A stretch of DNA of 64,000 nt from Candidatus Shapirobacteria bacterium (lineage in GTDB: Bacteria; Patescibacteriota; Microgenomatia; UBA12405), in NCBI GenBank assembly GCA_041659325.1, contig JBAZYN010000001.1:494819-558818 (forward strand). Reading direction: 5' to 3'. Under the pieces are notes generated by a model. The model worked only from the letters and a program-made list of their open reading frames with translations, searched no databases and was not told the origin of the DNA. This document shows, in pieces, positions 47,771 through 57,295 of this stretch. The position numbers and the translations under genes were made by a program. Positions within the stretch are counted from its first letter, which is position 1, and every line of letters starts with the position of its first letter.

Positions 47771-48322
47771 TTATCCCCTTATCTCCCCTTCCTTCTTACT
47801 GGCCACCATTTCCAATTTCTCAATATATTGGTCAGTCACCTTTTGCAACTCTGCCTCATCTACCTTAAATTCATCCTCGGAAACTGTTTTTTCTTGCTTT
47901 GCCGACTGTAATTCTTTCCGGAAATCTGCCCGGGCATCCCGGATCATCACTCTCGCCGCTTCAAGTTTCCTCCCCAAGATTTTTATATAATCCTCTCTTT
48001 GTTCTGTTGTTAGCATCGGCAAGCCCATCCGGATTATTTGCCCGTCAACTGCCGGGTTCATGCCAATATTGGCCGCCGCAATCCCATTGGCAATTTCCTT
48101 TACCAAAGTCCCATCCCACGGTTGAAAAGTCAATGTTCTTACGTCGGGCACTCCAATCGATCCAAGCTCAATCAGTCTCATTTTTTGTCCGCCATACACA
48201 GTTACCACCACATTCTCTATCAACCCCGGCGTTGCCCTGCCGGTCCGAATCGATGAAATATCATCAACAAAAATTCCTACAATCTTATCCATTCTCGCTT
48301 TTACGTTTGGGATATTTATCAT
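47771..48322 (-). CDS. frr: ribosome recycling factor
   Basis: Full-length RRF pattern (MINIPNVKARMDK ... VRTGRATPGLIENVVV ... MGLP). Confidence 0.92.
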   Translation of the reverse strand: MINIPNVKARMDKIVGIFVDDISSIRTGRATPGLIENVVVTVYGGQKMRLIELGSIGVPDVRTLTFQPWDGTLVKEIANGIAAANIGMNPAVDGQIIRMGLPMLTTEQREDYIKILGRKLEAARVMIRDARADFRKELQSAKQEKTVSEDEFKVDEAELQKVTDQYIEKLEMVASKKEGEIRG

Positions 48323-48341
48323 ATCGTTATTTTACCAAACT

Positions 48342-48379
48342 AATTACCAGTTACAGATTACAGATTACAGGTTACCAAT
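48342..48379. repeat. tandem heptamer array (AATTACC AGTTACAG ATTACAG ATTACAGG TTACCAA)
   Basis: Directly 3' of tsf. Confidence 0.55.
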
Positions 48380-48838
48380 CTATATCTCAAATCTACCAAT
48401 TCTTCCAAGTTTTATATTCTCCCCAAATTTTGCCACCAGTGCTTTTATCAGATCCGATACGGTTTTGGACGGATCCTTAATAAAATCCTGTTTTAGCAAA
48501 GCCTTTGCATCTTTGGGATTCATCGCCGCCACCTGCAAACACAAATCCTTTGCCAGGGCCATATATTCTTCATTTTTTGCCACAAAATCAGTCTCACACA
48601 ATAGTTCCACCATTACCCCGATTTTACCGGTTGCATGAGTATAAGTGGCCACCCTGCCCTGATGAGTTTCCCTATCGGCCTTTTTCTCCGCCTTTTGAAA
48701 TCCTTTTTCTTTCAATATTTCTCTTGCCTTCGACTCGTTGCCCTCGGCCTCTTCCAGAGCCGCCTTAATTTCCATCATTCCTAATCCCAATTCTTCCCTC
48801 AATTTTTTAACTAGCTCAATTAATTTTTTAGTCTCCAT
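48380..48838 (-). CDS. tsf: elongation factor Ts (short form)
   Basis: UBA-like N-terminus LVKKLREELGLGMMEIKAALEEAEGN and TDFVAKNEEY core. Confidence 0.85.
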   Translation of the reverse strand: METKKLIELVKKLREELGLGMMEIKAALEEAEGNESKAREILKEKGFQKAEKKADRETHQGRVATYTHATGKIGVMVELLCETDFVAKNEEYMALAKDLCLQVAAMNPKDAKALLKQDFIKDPSKTVSDLIKALVAKFGENIKLGRIGRFEI

Positions 48839-48861
48839 TTTTTTATTTTAATATTAATTTA

Positions 48862-48897
48862 CAATTACAGATTACTGATTACAGATTACTGATTACC
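48862..48897. repeat. tandem heptamer array (AATTACAG ATTACTG ATTACAG ATTACTG ATTACCA)
   Basis: Directly 3' of rpsB. Confidence 0.55.
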
Positions 48898-48900
48898 AAC

Positions 48901-49818
48901 TCATTTCACCCCCGCCGCTTTTATCGCCTTCCCGATTTCTTCAACAATTATCGTGATGCTTTTAACATTATCATCGTTGGTCGGAATGGCAAAGTCCACC
49001 TTAAAAGGATTACTATCTGTATCTACCATCGCCAGAGTCTTTACCCCCCTCATCGTCGCTTCTTTAATGGTCGTTTTTTCAAACCCGGCATCAACCGCAA
49101 AGACCATATCAAATAATTTATCGAGTTTAACCAGTCCCCCCACTATCTTTTCCAATCTAATCACCTCTTTTTTCATCTCAAGGATTTCTTTTTTAGTGCT
49201 TTCGGTAAATTTCCCCTTCTCCAACCCGTCTTTAAGATCAACTAGTTTTTTTATATCTTTTCGGATCTGATCCCAATTAGTAATTGTCCCTCCCAACCAT
49301 CTGTCTGTTACATAAGGTACGCCGGCTTCAGTCGCCACTCTCCGGACCACTTCACGGGCCTGGCGCTTGGTTCCAACCAATACTATCTGTTTACCGTTCC
49401 TTTTAGCGTTGTATATGTAATTACACGCCGCTTCCAGTCCGTCTAGAGTTTTAACCAAATCAATCACCTGAATTCCGTCTTTGGCCGCATAAATCGACTC
49501 TCTCGCCTTTGGATGAGTTTTAGAAATTTTGTGACCCAAATGACATCCGGCATCCAGTAAATCTTTTAGCCCGATTGTCAGAGTATATTTTTTGTCAGCC
49601 TTGGCATCTGCAGCTACTTTTTCTGCCAAAACCACTGCCTGCAATTCCTGTTTCTTGGACAAAGCATCTTTTTTTGCTCTGAGATCTTCATTAATCTTTT
49701 TAATCTTATCTGCCGTTACCGCCGTCTGTTTCTTGGCTTTTACTACTAACGCTTTTTTTACCAAACTTTTACCGGTTCGGTTTACGGTTTTTACGATCGT
49801 CTTTTTCTTTTCTTCCAT
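48901..49818 (-). CDS. rpsB: 30S ribosomal protein S2 with about 75-aa Lys-rich N-terminal extension
   Basis: LLDAGCHLGHKISKTHPKARESIYAAKDGIQVIDLVKT and VGTKRQAREVV match S2. The extension is low complexity; the start codon is uncertain. Confidence 0.9.
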   Translation of the reverse strand: MEEKKKTIVKTVNRTGKSLVKKALVVKAKKQTAVTADKIKKINEDLRAKKDALSKKQELQAVVLAEKVAADAKADKKYTLTIGLKDLLDAGCHLGHKISKTHPKARESIYAAKDGIQVIDLVKTLDGLEAACNYIYNAKRNGKQIVLVGTKRQAREVVRRVATEAGVPYVTDRWLGGTITNWDQIRKDIKKLVDLKDGLEKGKFTESTKKEILEMKKEVIRLEKIVGGLVKLDKLFDMVFAVDAGFEKTTIKEATMRGVKTLAMVDTDSNPFKVDFAIPTNDDNVKSITIIVEEIGKAIKAAGVK

Positions 49819-49919
49819 TTTGTTTTGTCCTTACTAATAATCTTGGGTGGGCCAACGGCCAGGACAAACACCCGCCAATTAACTAATAACTATTCAATCG
49901 GAAATTATAACACACTCTC

Positions 49920-50010
49920 CGTCATTGTGTCTGCCCGTTTACCCGCCTTTGGAGGGAGAATCCTCGACGCTAATCGGGACGACGTGGCAATCTTTCGGCT
50001 CTTGCCGTCT
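49920..50010. repeat. MITE-like family, partial copy D (CGTCATTGTG head, CCGCCTTTGGAGGG, GACGTGGCAATCTTT)
   Basis: 5' modules present; no matching 3' inverted repeat; followed by the perfect hairpin GAGACACCCCGCGGGGTGTCTC. Confidence 0.4.
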
Positions 50011-50602
50011 GGATTTTCCTTGTAGAGACACCCCGCGGGGTGTCTCAATACAAAAATAAAAAAAAGGTGAATTGAAAAAAACAACAACCCAGGAAAACAC
50101 AAAAAACAAAAACAAAACAAAAAAAATAAAAAAACGTAACCCCATGGTTACTAACAAAGGGGGCATTCCCCTTTGCTTTTTCTTTTTTCTTTTTTTTCTT
50201 ACCATCCCTCGGGGTGGGCCATAGAAGACAGCGATGTCCTCTGATCTTTTTCGGCCCACCCCGAGAACCCCTTACACCGGGGCTACGACTGGCGTGTGAA
50301 AGGGCCGCCGCAATTGGGGTATGCCTTCACGCACCCACTCCTCAGACGGTTGCACTGCGAGCAGAAACTCGACTTGTTACCCACCACCAGCAGAATCAGA
50401 AAAGACAAAAGACGTTCCACGTCGCCTCCTTTGGGCAGTCATAAAAAACCCATGGAACCCCACGGTGAAAACAACGCGACACGCTATTTTTTTAAAAATT
50501 AAGAACCTAACTCTCACACAATCATATTCGCTTCTCCTCTCTAAATAGAATCAACCAATCCACCAAAAGATGAACTCGTTGATCCCATTTAAAAAGGGTT
50601 TA

Positions 50603-50650
50603 ACTACAGATTACAAGTTACAGGTTACCAATTACTGATTACCAATTACC
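50603..50650. repeat. tandem heptamer array (CTACAG ATTACAAG TTACAGG TTACCAA TTACTGA TTACCAA TTACC)
   Basis: Lies inside the ORF-poor 1.8-kb region. Confidence 0.55.
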
Positions 50651-51595
50651 AAAATTTTTTCCTGGGTTGTTAACGAACAGGAACGTTTAAACGACATTTG
50701 TCGTTTATTACGTTCAGGACAGGAACAAAATCATCTCAAAACCGCATTGGTTCCTAATAATTTTGTTACGAAAAACAATCCGATTATATCACACTATACT
50801 AGTCCTTGTCCCTGGGGACACTATTCCCCACAAAACCTTCTTCCCTAGGTCCATATCGCTTCAACCATCGCCCCAACTTGGCCGTCCTCTTTAACCCTTC
50901 GGCTCTTTCCTCTGGACTTTCCCTGGCAACAACTACAACTGCCGGTGGTATCTCTTCCGCCACTGTTACCATAACTTCCCTTGCTTTTGCCCCCAATCCG
51001 GGCATTGGCATCTGAATCGTCAGGGCCTCCAACGTTTTTCCCATTAACCTATTTTAATCCATATTTAAAAAATAAAAACAACAAGACAACTCAAAACACC
51101 AAAAAACAAACAAAGTGGAGTGACCACCATCGTGCATGGTCACCCCACCCGTTGTCTTCGCCCTCGGCGATCTTTGGGACTTACCCAATGACCGCCGATA
51201 TTAGCGACAGAAAACCCCAGCTAGCCAACGCGGTGGGGATCAGGACAAACAAAAGGCAAAACCCCCCACCCTCCGAAGCAGGCTGGTCGTCGTTCTTCTG
51301 CGTAGCCGCTAGCTGAAAGAAGGACAATGCCGCACAAAGTGCGAGCAAAGAGCTAGCCGCAACCCACCTGATTTTCATCTTCATGCGATTTTCCTTTCTG
51401 GCCAATGGCCATGAGTTGTCTTGTTGTCAACGAACCAGTCTTCAGCAAACCGCCGCTTACAGATATAAATCTTTGGCAATCTGCTAAAACTATATCTTAT
51501 AATATCACATATCATCGAAAAATACAACAATATATTTACATAACAGACAAAATCATAAACCCTGTTTCCGTCCAATATTAGTGTAAAATCAAACT

Positions 51596-53872
51596 ATGCC
51601 CGACAGTGTTCAAAGCCAGTTCACCATTCTTGAAATCCGTCTGCCACAAAACAACGAATACACTCTGGAGTCTATGTCCTCTCTTTTTTCCAATTTCACC
51701 CAATTTTCCAGTCTTGGATTTTTCGAGAAACTCCTCGGCAAAAAGAAAACTATTGCCTCAATTGAAATCGCCCTGATAAACGGCCAGATTAGATTTTTTG
51801 TCGTCACCAACACCCGTGACGCCGATTTTTTCCGGGCCCAAATTTTAGCCCAATACCCCACTGCCATCACCCGCAACCCCGATGATTATCTAACCCCTTT
51901 TTTAGTCGGGTCGCACTGCCCCGTTACCCCAGGCCAAGATTCCACTCCAAAAACAGAAATAACCCCCCAGCGCCTCAGTTTCATCCAGCTTGGTCTTTCC
52001 CGCATGTCTGATTACCCTCTAAAAATCGCCAAAGACTTTCGCGATACCGATCCTCTAAATTCCATCCTGGCCCCGCTCTCCCGATCAAACAGCCGCGATG
52101 ATTTTTTCCTCTATCAAATAATTCTTTCCTCCGCCCCCAAAAACTGGCAGGGTCCAATTATCGACGTTATTCAAAACGGCACGGTAGTCGACAAAGAAAA
52201 AGGCTATCACCAAGCTCATCCCGACAAAGCCGTCTTTGAGCAAAAAATCCAGTTCCCCGGGCTTCTGGCCCAAATCAATCTTTTCTCCAATAATCCCGGG
52301 TTAATTACCGGCGTTTCCTCCTCCTTTGGCATCTACACCAGCCCCCGCGGTAATCTTATCAAAACCTTTACCCCTGGTTTTTTTCACAAAAATAAACTCC
52401 CAACCGCAATATTCTCCAGGGAAATCAAAAAAGGTCTCAAAACTCAGATTCTAAACACCGAGGAACTCGCTGCCCTCTGCCATTTTCCCAATAAACTCAC
52501 AAAACTTCCTAACATCGCCTGGGGCAAAAAACTTTATGCCGAACCCCCGGAAAATCTCCCCATAATCGAAGGTCTCTCCGAAGAAGAAAAAAACAAAATT
52601 ACCGTTTTCGGTCGCACAGAATTCCGCAACAAAGACGCCATTTTTGGTATCAAAGAGGGGGAAGACCGTCGCCGCCATACCTATATTATCGGTAAATCCG
52701 GTACCGGAAAAACCACCCTCATTGCCAACATGGCCATTGATGACATCAGAAAAGGCCGTGGCGTCGCTATCATCGACCCTCACGGTGATCTTTGCAACAC
52801 CATTCTTGACTATATTCCCAGCAACCGCATCAACGACTGTTGTTATTTCAACCCCGCCGATCCGGAATACGTCTACCCGTTAAATGTTCTCGAGGCCAAA
52901 AACGAGTCCCAAAAAGAATTAGTCGCTTCCGGTGTCCTCTCCATCTTCAAAAAACTCTATGGTACTGTTTCCTGGGGACCGCGTCTCGAGCACATCCTCA
53001 GAAACACCGTCCTGACTCTTGTAAATACTCCCGACTCCAACCTAACCCATGTTATCGAAATCTTAACCAACAGAAACTATCGAAATCGGGTTATTGAAAA
53101 GTTAAACAATCAAACTCTCAAAAACTTCTGGCTCAACGAATTTGACCGAATGGACCCAAAATTCCAAAACGAAGCCATTGCCCCGGTTCTAAACAAAGTC
53201 GGTCAGTTCATTTCCTCCACCAAAATCAGAAACACTCTTGCCCACTCCAAATCAAAAGTCGATATTCAAAGCATCATGGACCAAAAAAAGATCCTTATAG
53301 CCGATCTCTCCACTGGCCGCCTCGGAGAAGACAATTCATCTCTTCTAGGCGCTATGTTAATCACCCAAATCCAGCTTTCCGCCATGAACCGTGTTTTTCA
53401 AACGGTAGAAGAAAGATCTGATTTCTATCTTTACGTCGACGAATTTCAAAACTTTGCCACAGAAGCTTTCATCAAAATCCTCTCCGAAGCCCGTAAATTT
53501 AAGCTTAATCTAATCGTCGCCAATCAATACATGAACCAGTTGGAACGTCCGATTCAGGATGCTATTTTCGGCAACGTCGGTTCCCTTATCTCCTTTGTCG
53601 TTGGCAACCAGGATGCCGCTATCCTCCAAAAAGAATTCGGAGCCGAGTTCCCCTCAGATGACCTTGTGAAACTTGGTAGATATCAGGTCATTTGCCGTCT
53701 CTCCATTGACTCAGAAACAACCCAGCCTTTTTATTCCAACACCCTTCCGCCGCTCCTGTGCAAAAATCAGCATCGCGATAAAGTAATTAGAACTTCCCAG
53801 GAAAGATGGGGCAAAAAACTAAAAGACGCCTTTCCCCCACCCAATTCCCTGCCAGTCATTCCACAACCCTAA
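51596..53872 (+). CDS. P-loop ATPase of the VirB4/VirD4(TraG/TrwB) type IV secretion or conjugation family, no TM segments, 350-aa unknown N-terminal domain
   Basis: Walker A IIGKSGTGKTT, then IDPHGD. Walker B LYVDEFQNF. Family-typical ARKFKLNLIVANQYMNQL (RK...Q..QL) box. Confidence 0.6.
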   Translation: MPDSVQSQFTILEIRLPQNNEYTLESMSSLFSNFTQFSSLGFFEKLLGKKKTIASIEIALINGQIRFFVVTNTRDADFFRAQILAQYPTAITRNPDDYLTPFLVGSHCPVTPGQDSTPKTEITPQRLSFIQLGLSRMSDYPLKIAKDFRDTDPLNSILAPLSRSNSRDDFFLYQIILSSAPKNWQGPIIDVIQNGTVVDKEKGYHQAHPDKAVFEQKIQFPGLLAQINLFSNNPGLITGVSSSFGIYTSPRGNLIKTFTPGFFHKNKLPTAIFSREIKKGLKTQILNTEELAALCHFPNKLTKLPNIAWGKKLYAEPPENLPIIEGLSEEEKNKITVFGRTEFRNKDAIFGIKEGEDRRRHTYIIGKSGTGKTTLIANMAIDDIRKGRGVAIIDPHGDLCNTILDYIPSNRINDCCYFNPADPEYVYPLNVLEAKNESQKELVASGVLSIFKKLYGTVSWGPRLEHILRNTVLTLVNTPDSNLTHVIEILTNRNYRNRVIEKLNNQTLKNFWLNEFDRMDPKFQNEAIAPVLNKVGQFISSTKIRNTLAHSKSKVDIQSIMDQKKILIADLSTGRLGEDNSSLLGAMLITQIQLSAMNRVFQTVEERSDFYLYVDEFQNFATEAFIKILSEARKFKLNLIVANQYMNQLERPIQDAIFGNVGSLISFVVGNQDAAILQKEFGAEFPSDDLVKLGRYQVICRLSIDSETTQPFYSNTLPPLLCKNQHRDKVIRTSQERWGKKLKDAFPPPNSLPVIPQP

Positions 53873-53893
53873 GGTTTTTCCACCCCGCTAGTT

Positions 53894-54000
53894 CGTCATT
53901 ACGATCCGCCAACTGGCGGAGTGGCAATCATTACAAGACTTAGTTAGTCAAGTTGTTTCAGAATTACTTCTCCCGACGTAACGTCGGGATCGCAATGACG
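53894..54000. mobile_element. MITE-like element copy E (107 bp; TIR CGTCATTACGATC / GATCGCAATGACG)
   Basis: Fills the convergent gap between the ATPase gene and topA. Contains CCGCCAACTGGCGGAGTGGCAATC and a CCCGACGTAACGTCGGG hairpin. Confidence 0.55.
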
Positions 54001-54004
54001 GGTT

Positions 54005-56044
54005 TTAAGGTTTCTTCCACCCTGCCCACTTACACTCCGGATATTTCGAGCAGCCATAAAATTTCTTGCCGCTCCGGGTTCTCTTTATTACCACCGGCGC
54101 CCCACACGTCGGACAGTCAAATCCGGCCACTTCCTGATACTGTTTAGTATACCTACACTCCGGAAACCGGCTACAAGAAATAAACTTCCCGAATTTCCCC
54201 AGTCTAATAACCAGCTCCCCCTCCTTACACTCCGGACATTTTTCCCCCAATTTTTCCGTCTCCACCTTCACTCTCTCTGCCCCGGCTTCGGCTATTTTTA
54301 CATCCTTCTCAAATCTGTTCCAAAATGTTTTCATCATTTTTTTCCAATCCAATTTTCCCGCCGCAATTTTGTCCAAATTACCCTCCATGTCAGCCGTAAA
54401 CGGCAACGACAAAACTTCAGAAAAATTCCTTACCAAAAATTCATTGGCCGCCTTGCCCAATGCTGTTGGGATAAATTTCCCCTCATCCTTTTCCACATAC
54501 TGTCGAATCTGAATAGTCGAGATAATCGGCGCATAAGTACTTGGTCGCCCGATTCCCTGTTTTTCCAGGCTCGATACCAAACTTGCCTCGGTATATCTTG
54601 GCGGTGGGTTAGTTTCCGACTCCTCAAACCATATCTTTGTAGCCGAAATCATCTCTCCTTCTTTTAAAGCCGGCAATATCTGATCTTCAAATTTCTCTCC
54701 ATTAATCTTCAAAAACCCATCAAAAATCATCCTTACTCCTTTTGACTGAAACAGACCGCCTCCGTCTCGCAGATTAACCACCGTACTTCCTGTTATCGCC
54801 GCTGCCCCCTGTGTTGCCACTGCCCGTTTCCAAATCATTTGGTATAGTCTATTCTCCCTCGGGTCTGCATCCGCCAGTTCTGTCCTATTTACGTCTGTCG
54901 GCCTGATAGCCTCATGCGCCTCCTGGGCATTCTTGGCCGTATTTTTATAGTACCTGATCTTTGCCGATATATACTTTTCTCCGTATGTTTTGCCGATATA
55001 TTTTCTGAAATCATTTATCGTTTTTTCGGCAATATAGACCGAATCAGTCCGATGGTATGTTATAAAGCCTCTTTCAAACAATCTTTGCGCCACACTCATT
55101 GTCGTTTTCCCTGGCCATCCAAACCTCCTGGCCGCTGCCTGTTGAAGTTTTGATGTTGTAAAAGCCGGCAGCGGCGTTCTGTTAATTTCTTTCTCTGTTA
55201 CTTTCTCGACCACCATTTGGTTTGATAGGTCATTCACGAATTTCGTCACCTTCTGCCTATCCTCAAAAATCGACTTGGTAAAAGAATAAACCCCGTCAAA
55301 TAGTTTGATCTTTTCCGTTTTAAACGCCGACTTTTCTTCCACCTTTATCAGATCAGCGTCAAACTTTTCCCTCCCCTTTTTCAATTCCGCCAATACCTTA
55401 AAAAACACTTCTTTTTTAAATGCCTCAATCTCTTTTTCCCTTTCGCACACCAGTCTCACCGCCACCGACTGCACCCGCCCACCGGACAAACCTCTCCTTA
55501 CTTTTCTCCACAAAACCGGAGATAAAGTATAACCCACCACCCGGTCAAGAATCCTTCTCCCCTGCTGCGCGTTTACCAAATCCATATCCACCGCCCGTGC
55601 TTTTCCCATCGCATCAGAAATTGCGTCCTTAGTAATTTCATGAAATGTTATTCTGCTGATATCAAGCTTCTTTCCCACTTTCAAACTTTCAGACTTTCCC
55701 ACTTTCAGACTTTTAGACTTTAAGACTTTTGACTCATCTGGATGCGTCAGCAACCACTCCACATGCCACGATATTGCTTCCCCTTCCCGATCCGGATCTG
55801 TCGCCAACAATACTCTTTTAACTCTGGCCGCAGTTCTAATAAGGTCCTCTACCACATTTTTTTTCTTGGGATCGATCTTGTAATCCGGCTCAAAACCGTG
55901 TTTAATATCCACCGACATCTTATTCCCCGGCAAATCTCTCAAATGACCCACGGTCGCAATCACCTCAAAATCTTTTCCCAAATATTTCCCTATAGTTTTC
56001 GCTTTCGTCGGCGATTCCACTACCAATAAACTCTTGTCTCCCAT
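54005..56044 (-). CDS. topA: DNA topoisomerase I with C-terminal zinc ribbons
   Basis: Toprim N-terminus LLVVESPTKAKTIGKYLG ... GHLRDL, active-site Tyr region, several C4 ribbons (CPECKEG ... CSRFPEC; CPTCGA ... CSKYPEC). Carries an in-frame SLKVGK low-complexity repeat insertion. Confidence 0.95.
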   Translation of the reverse strand: MGDKSLLVVESPTKAKTIGKYLGKDFEVIATVGHLRDLPGNKMSVDIKHGFEPDYKIDPKKKNVVEDLIRTAARVKRVLLATDPDREGEAISWHVEWLLTHPDESKVLKSKSLKVGKSESLKVGKKLDISRITFHEITKDAISDAMGKARAVDMDLVNAQQGRRILDRVVGYTLSPVLWRKVRRGLSGGRVQSVAVRLVCEREKEIEAFKKEVFFKVLAELKKGREKFDADLIKVEEKSAFKTEKIKLFDGVYSFTKSIFEDRQKVTKFVNDLSNQMVVEKVTEKEINRTPLPAFTTSKLQQAAARRFGWPGKTTMSVAQRLFERGFITYHRTDSVYIAEKTINDFRKYIGKTYGEKYISAKIRYYKNTAKNAQEAHEAIRPTDVNRTELADADPRENRLYQMIWKRAVATQGAAAITGSTVVNLRDGGGLFQSKGVRMIFDGFLKINGEKFEDQILPALKEGEMISATKIWFEESETNPPPRYTEASLVSSLEKQGIGRPSTYAPIISTIQIRQYVEKDEGKFIPTALGKAANEFLVRNFSEVLSLPFTADMEGNLDKIAAGKLDWKKMMKTFWNRFEKDVKIAEAGAERVKVETEKLGEKCPECKEGELVIRLGKFGKFISCSRFPECRYTKQYQEVAGFDCPTCGAPVVIKRTRSGKKFYGCSKYPECKWAGWKKP

Positions 56045-56057
56045 GTTTATAAAATTT

Positions 56058-56178
56058 ATTTACTAAATTACTAATTACAGACTTGCCTGCCGGTAGGCAG
56101 GTTACCAGTTACTGATTACAGATTACCAGTTACCGGTTACAGATTACCATTTACCAATTACTGATTACCAGTTACAAG
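56058..56178. repeat. long tandem heptamer array with embedded palindrome GACTTGCCTGCCGGTAGGCAGGTTAC
   Basis: About 15 heptamer units (ATTACTA ATTACAG ... TTACTGA TTACAGA TTACCAG ...) between the 133-aa gene and the topA start. Confidence 0.6.
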
Positions 56179-56210
56179 TCTATATATTATCACCACCTGT
56201 CAAGCTTTCA

Positions 56211-56612
56211 CTACCATCTTACCCTCGGCAAGCATACAGTTTCTCCGGTCGCCAACGATAGCACCACCCTGGACTCTTCTCCGGGCTGAATACCCTCTAA
56301 GCTACTTCTATACAACTCCGACGCCCTCCCATCCCCCGCAATTAGAGAGTTAGAATTCCGAATCTCTTTCCCCCGTCCATCGGTTCTCATCACAGTCATC
56401 GACCACCCCAATCCCGGGATACCATCAACAATTCCCAATGCCATTCTCGTCACCACCTGTCGCGCAAAACTAGTTACTTTGGTAATTCTTTCCTCCATAT
56501 CATCCGCCGCTACCTTCGGAATCCCCTCATAAGCTATCGTACTTCGCCAATAACCCGTTGGCCTATTTTCTTTGGAACTTGGTCCTTCAGCCCCCCTTTC
56601 TCCTGATAACAT
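56211..56612 (-). CDS. hypothetical protein (133 aa)
   Basis: GC-richer ORF upstream of topA; no motif recognised. Confidence 0.45.
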   Translation of the reverse strand: MLSGERGAEGPSSKENRPTGYWRSTIAYEGIPKVAADDMEERITKVTSFARQVVTRMALGIVDGIPGLGWSMTVMRTDGRGKEIRNSNSLIAGDGRASELYRSSLEGIQPGEESRVVLSLATGETVCLPRVRW

Positions 56613-56626
56613 TGACCACTACTTTA

Positions 56627-57295
56627 CTACAATCCTTCTAAATCTTCAATCCCCGTTACAATATTCGCCCCGTTTTTAATCAGATAATTTGGCGCTGCCG
56701 AATTGGTATCTGTCATTCTCCCTGGCACTGCCCATACCTCCCGCCCCTGCTCCGCCGCCAGCCTTGCTGTTACCAAAGTTCCGCTTCTTTTCGACCCCTC
56801 AATTACCACTACCCCCCTCGAGATTCCGGAAATTATTCTGTTTCTTGCCAAAAATTTTTCCGGGGCCGGCAATACTCCGTTTGCATATTCTGAAACTATC
56901 AACCCTCCACTAGCCAAAATCAATTCATAAAGCCACTTATTCGACCTCGGGCTAACCACGTCCACTCCCGAAGCCAAAACCGCAATTGTTTTCCCGCCCC
57001 TCTCAGTACAAACCCTTTGCACTTGAGCATCTACCCCAAAGGCCATCCCCGACACTACCACAATCCCGGTTCTGACCAGTTCCGGAACTAGCTTTTCCAC
57101 CACTTCTTTCCCGTATTCACTGATATTTCTGCTCCCCACCACCGCCAGGGCTTTCTTTTCTCTTAGCAACTCCGTATTCCCAAGACAATACAGTCTATCG
57201 GGGCAATCCGGTATCTGCCGCAGTAAATACGGAAAACTGTCACTATCTTTACAAATTACTTTTATTTCCACTCCTAAATCATATACTAACGTCAT
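56627..57295 (-). CDS. dprA: DNA processing protein DprA (Rossmann-fold core only)
   Basis: ALAVVGSRNISEYG ... VVSGMAFGVDAQ ... IISGISRGVVVIEGSKRSGTL DprA core motifs. The ATG start lies inside the CGTCATTGCG head of MITE copy F. Confidence 0.85.
   Translation of the reverse strand: MTLVYDLGVEIKVICKDSDSFPYLLRQIPDCPDRLYCLGNTELLREKKALAVVGSRNISEYGKEVVEKLVPELVRTGIVVVSGMAFGVDAQVQRVCTERGGKTIAVLASGVDVVSPRSNKWLYELILASGGLIVSEYANGVLPAPEKFLARNRIISGISRGVVVIEGSKRSGTLVTARLAAEQGREVWAVPGRMTDTNSAAPNYLIKNGANIVTGIEDLEGL

Noticed and set aside
49939-50259. 106-aa Lys/Arg/Phe-rich minus-strand ORF (and 49905-50120) across the poly-A/poly-T tracts
   Set aside because: It is translation of homopolymeric A/T low-complexity DNA with no start context or domain.
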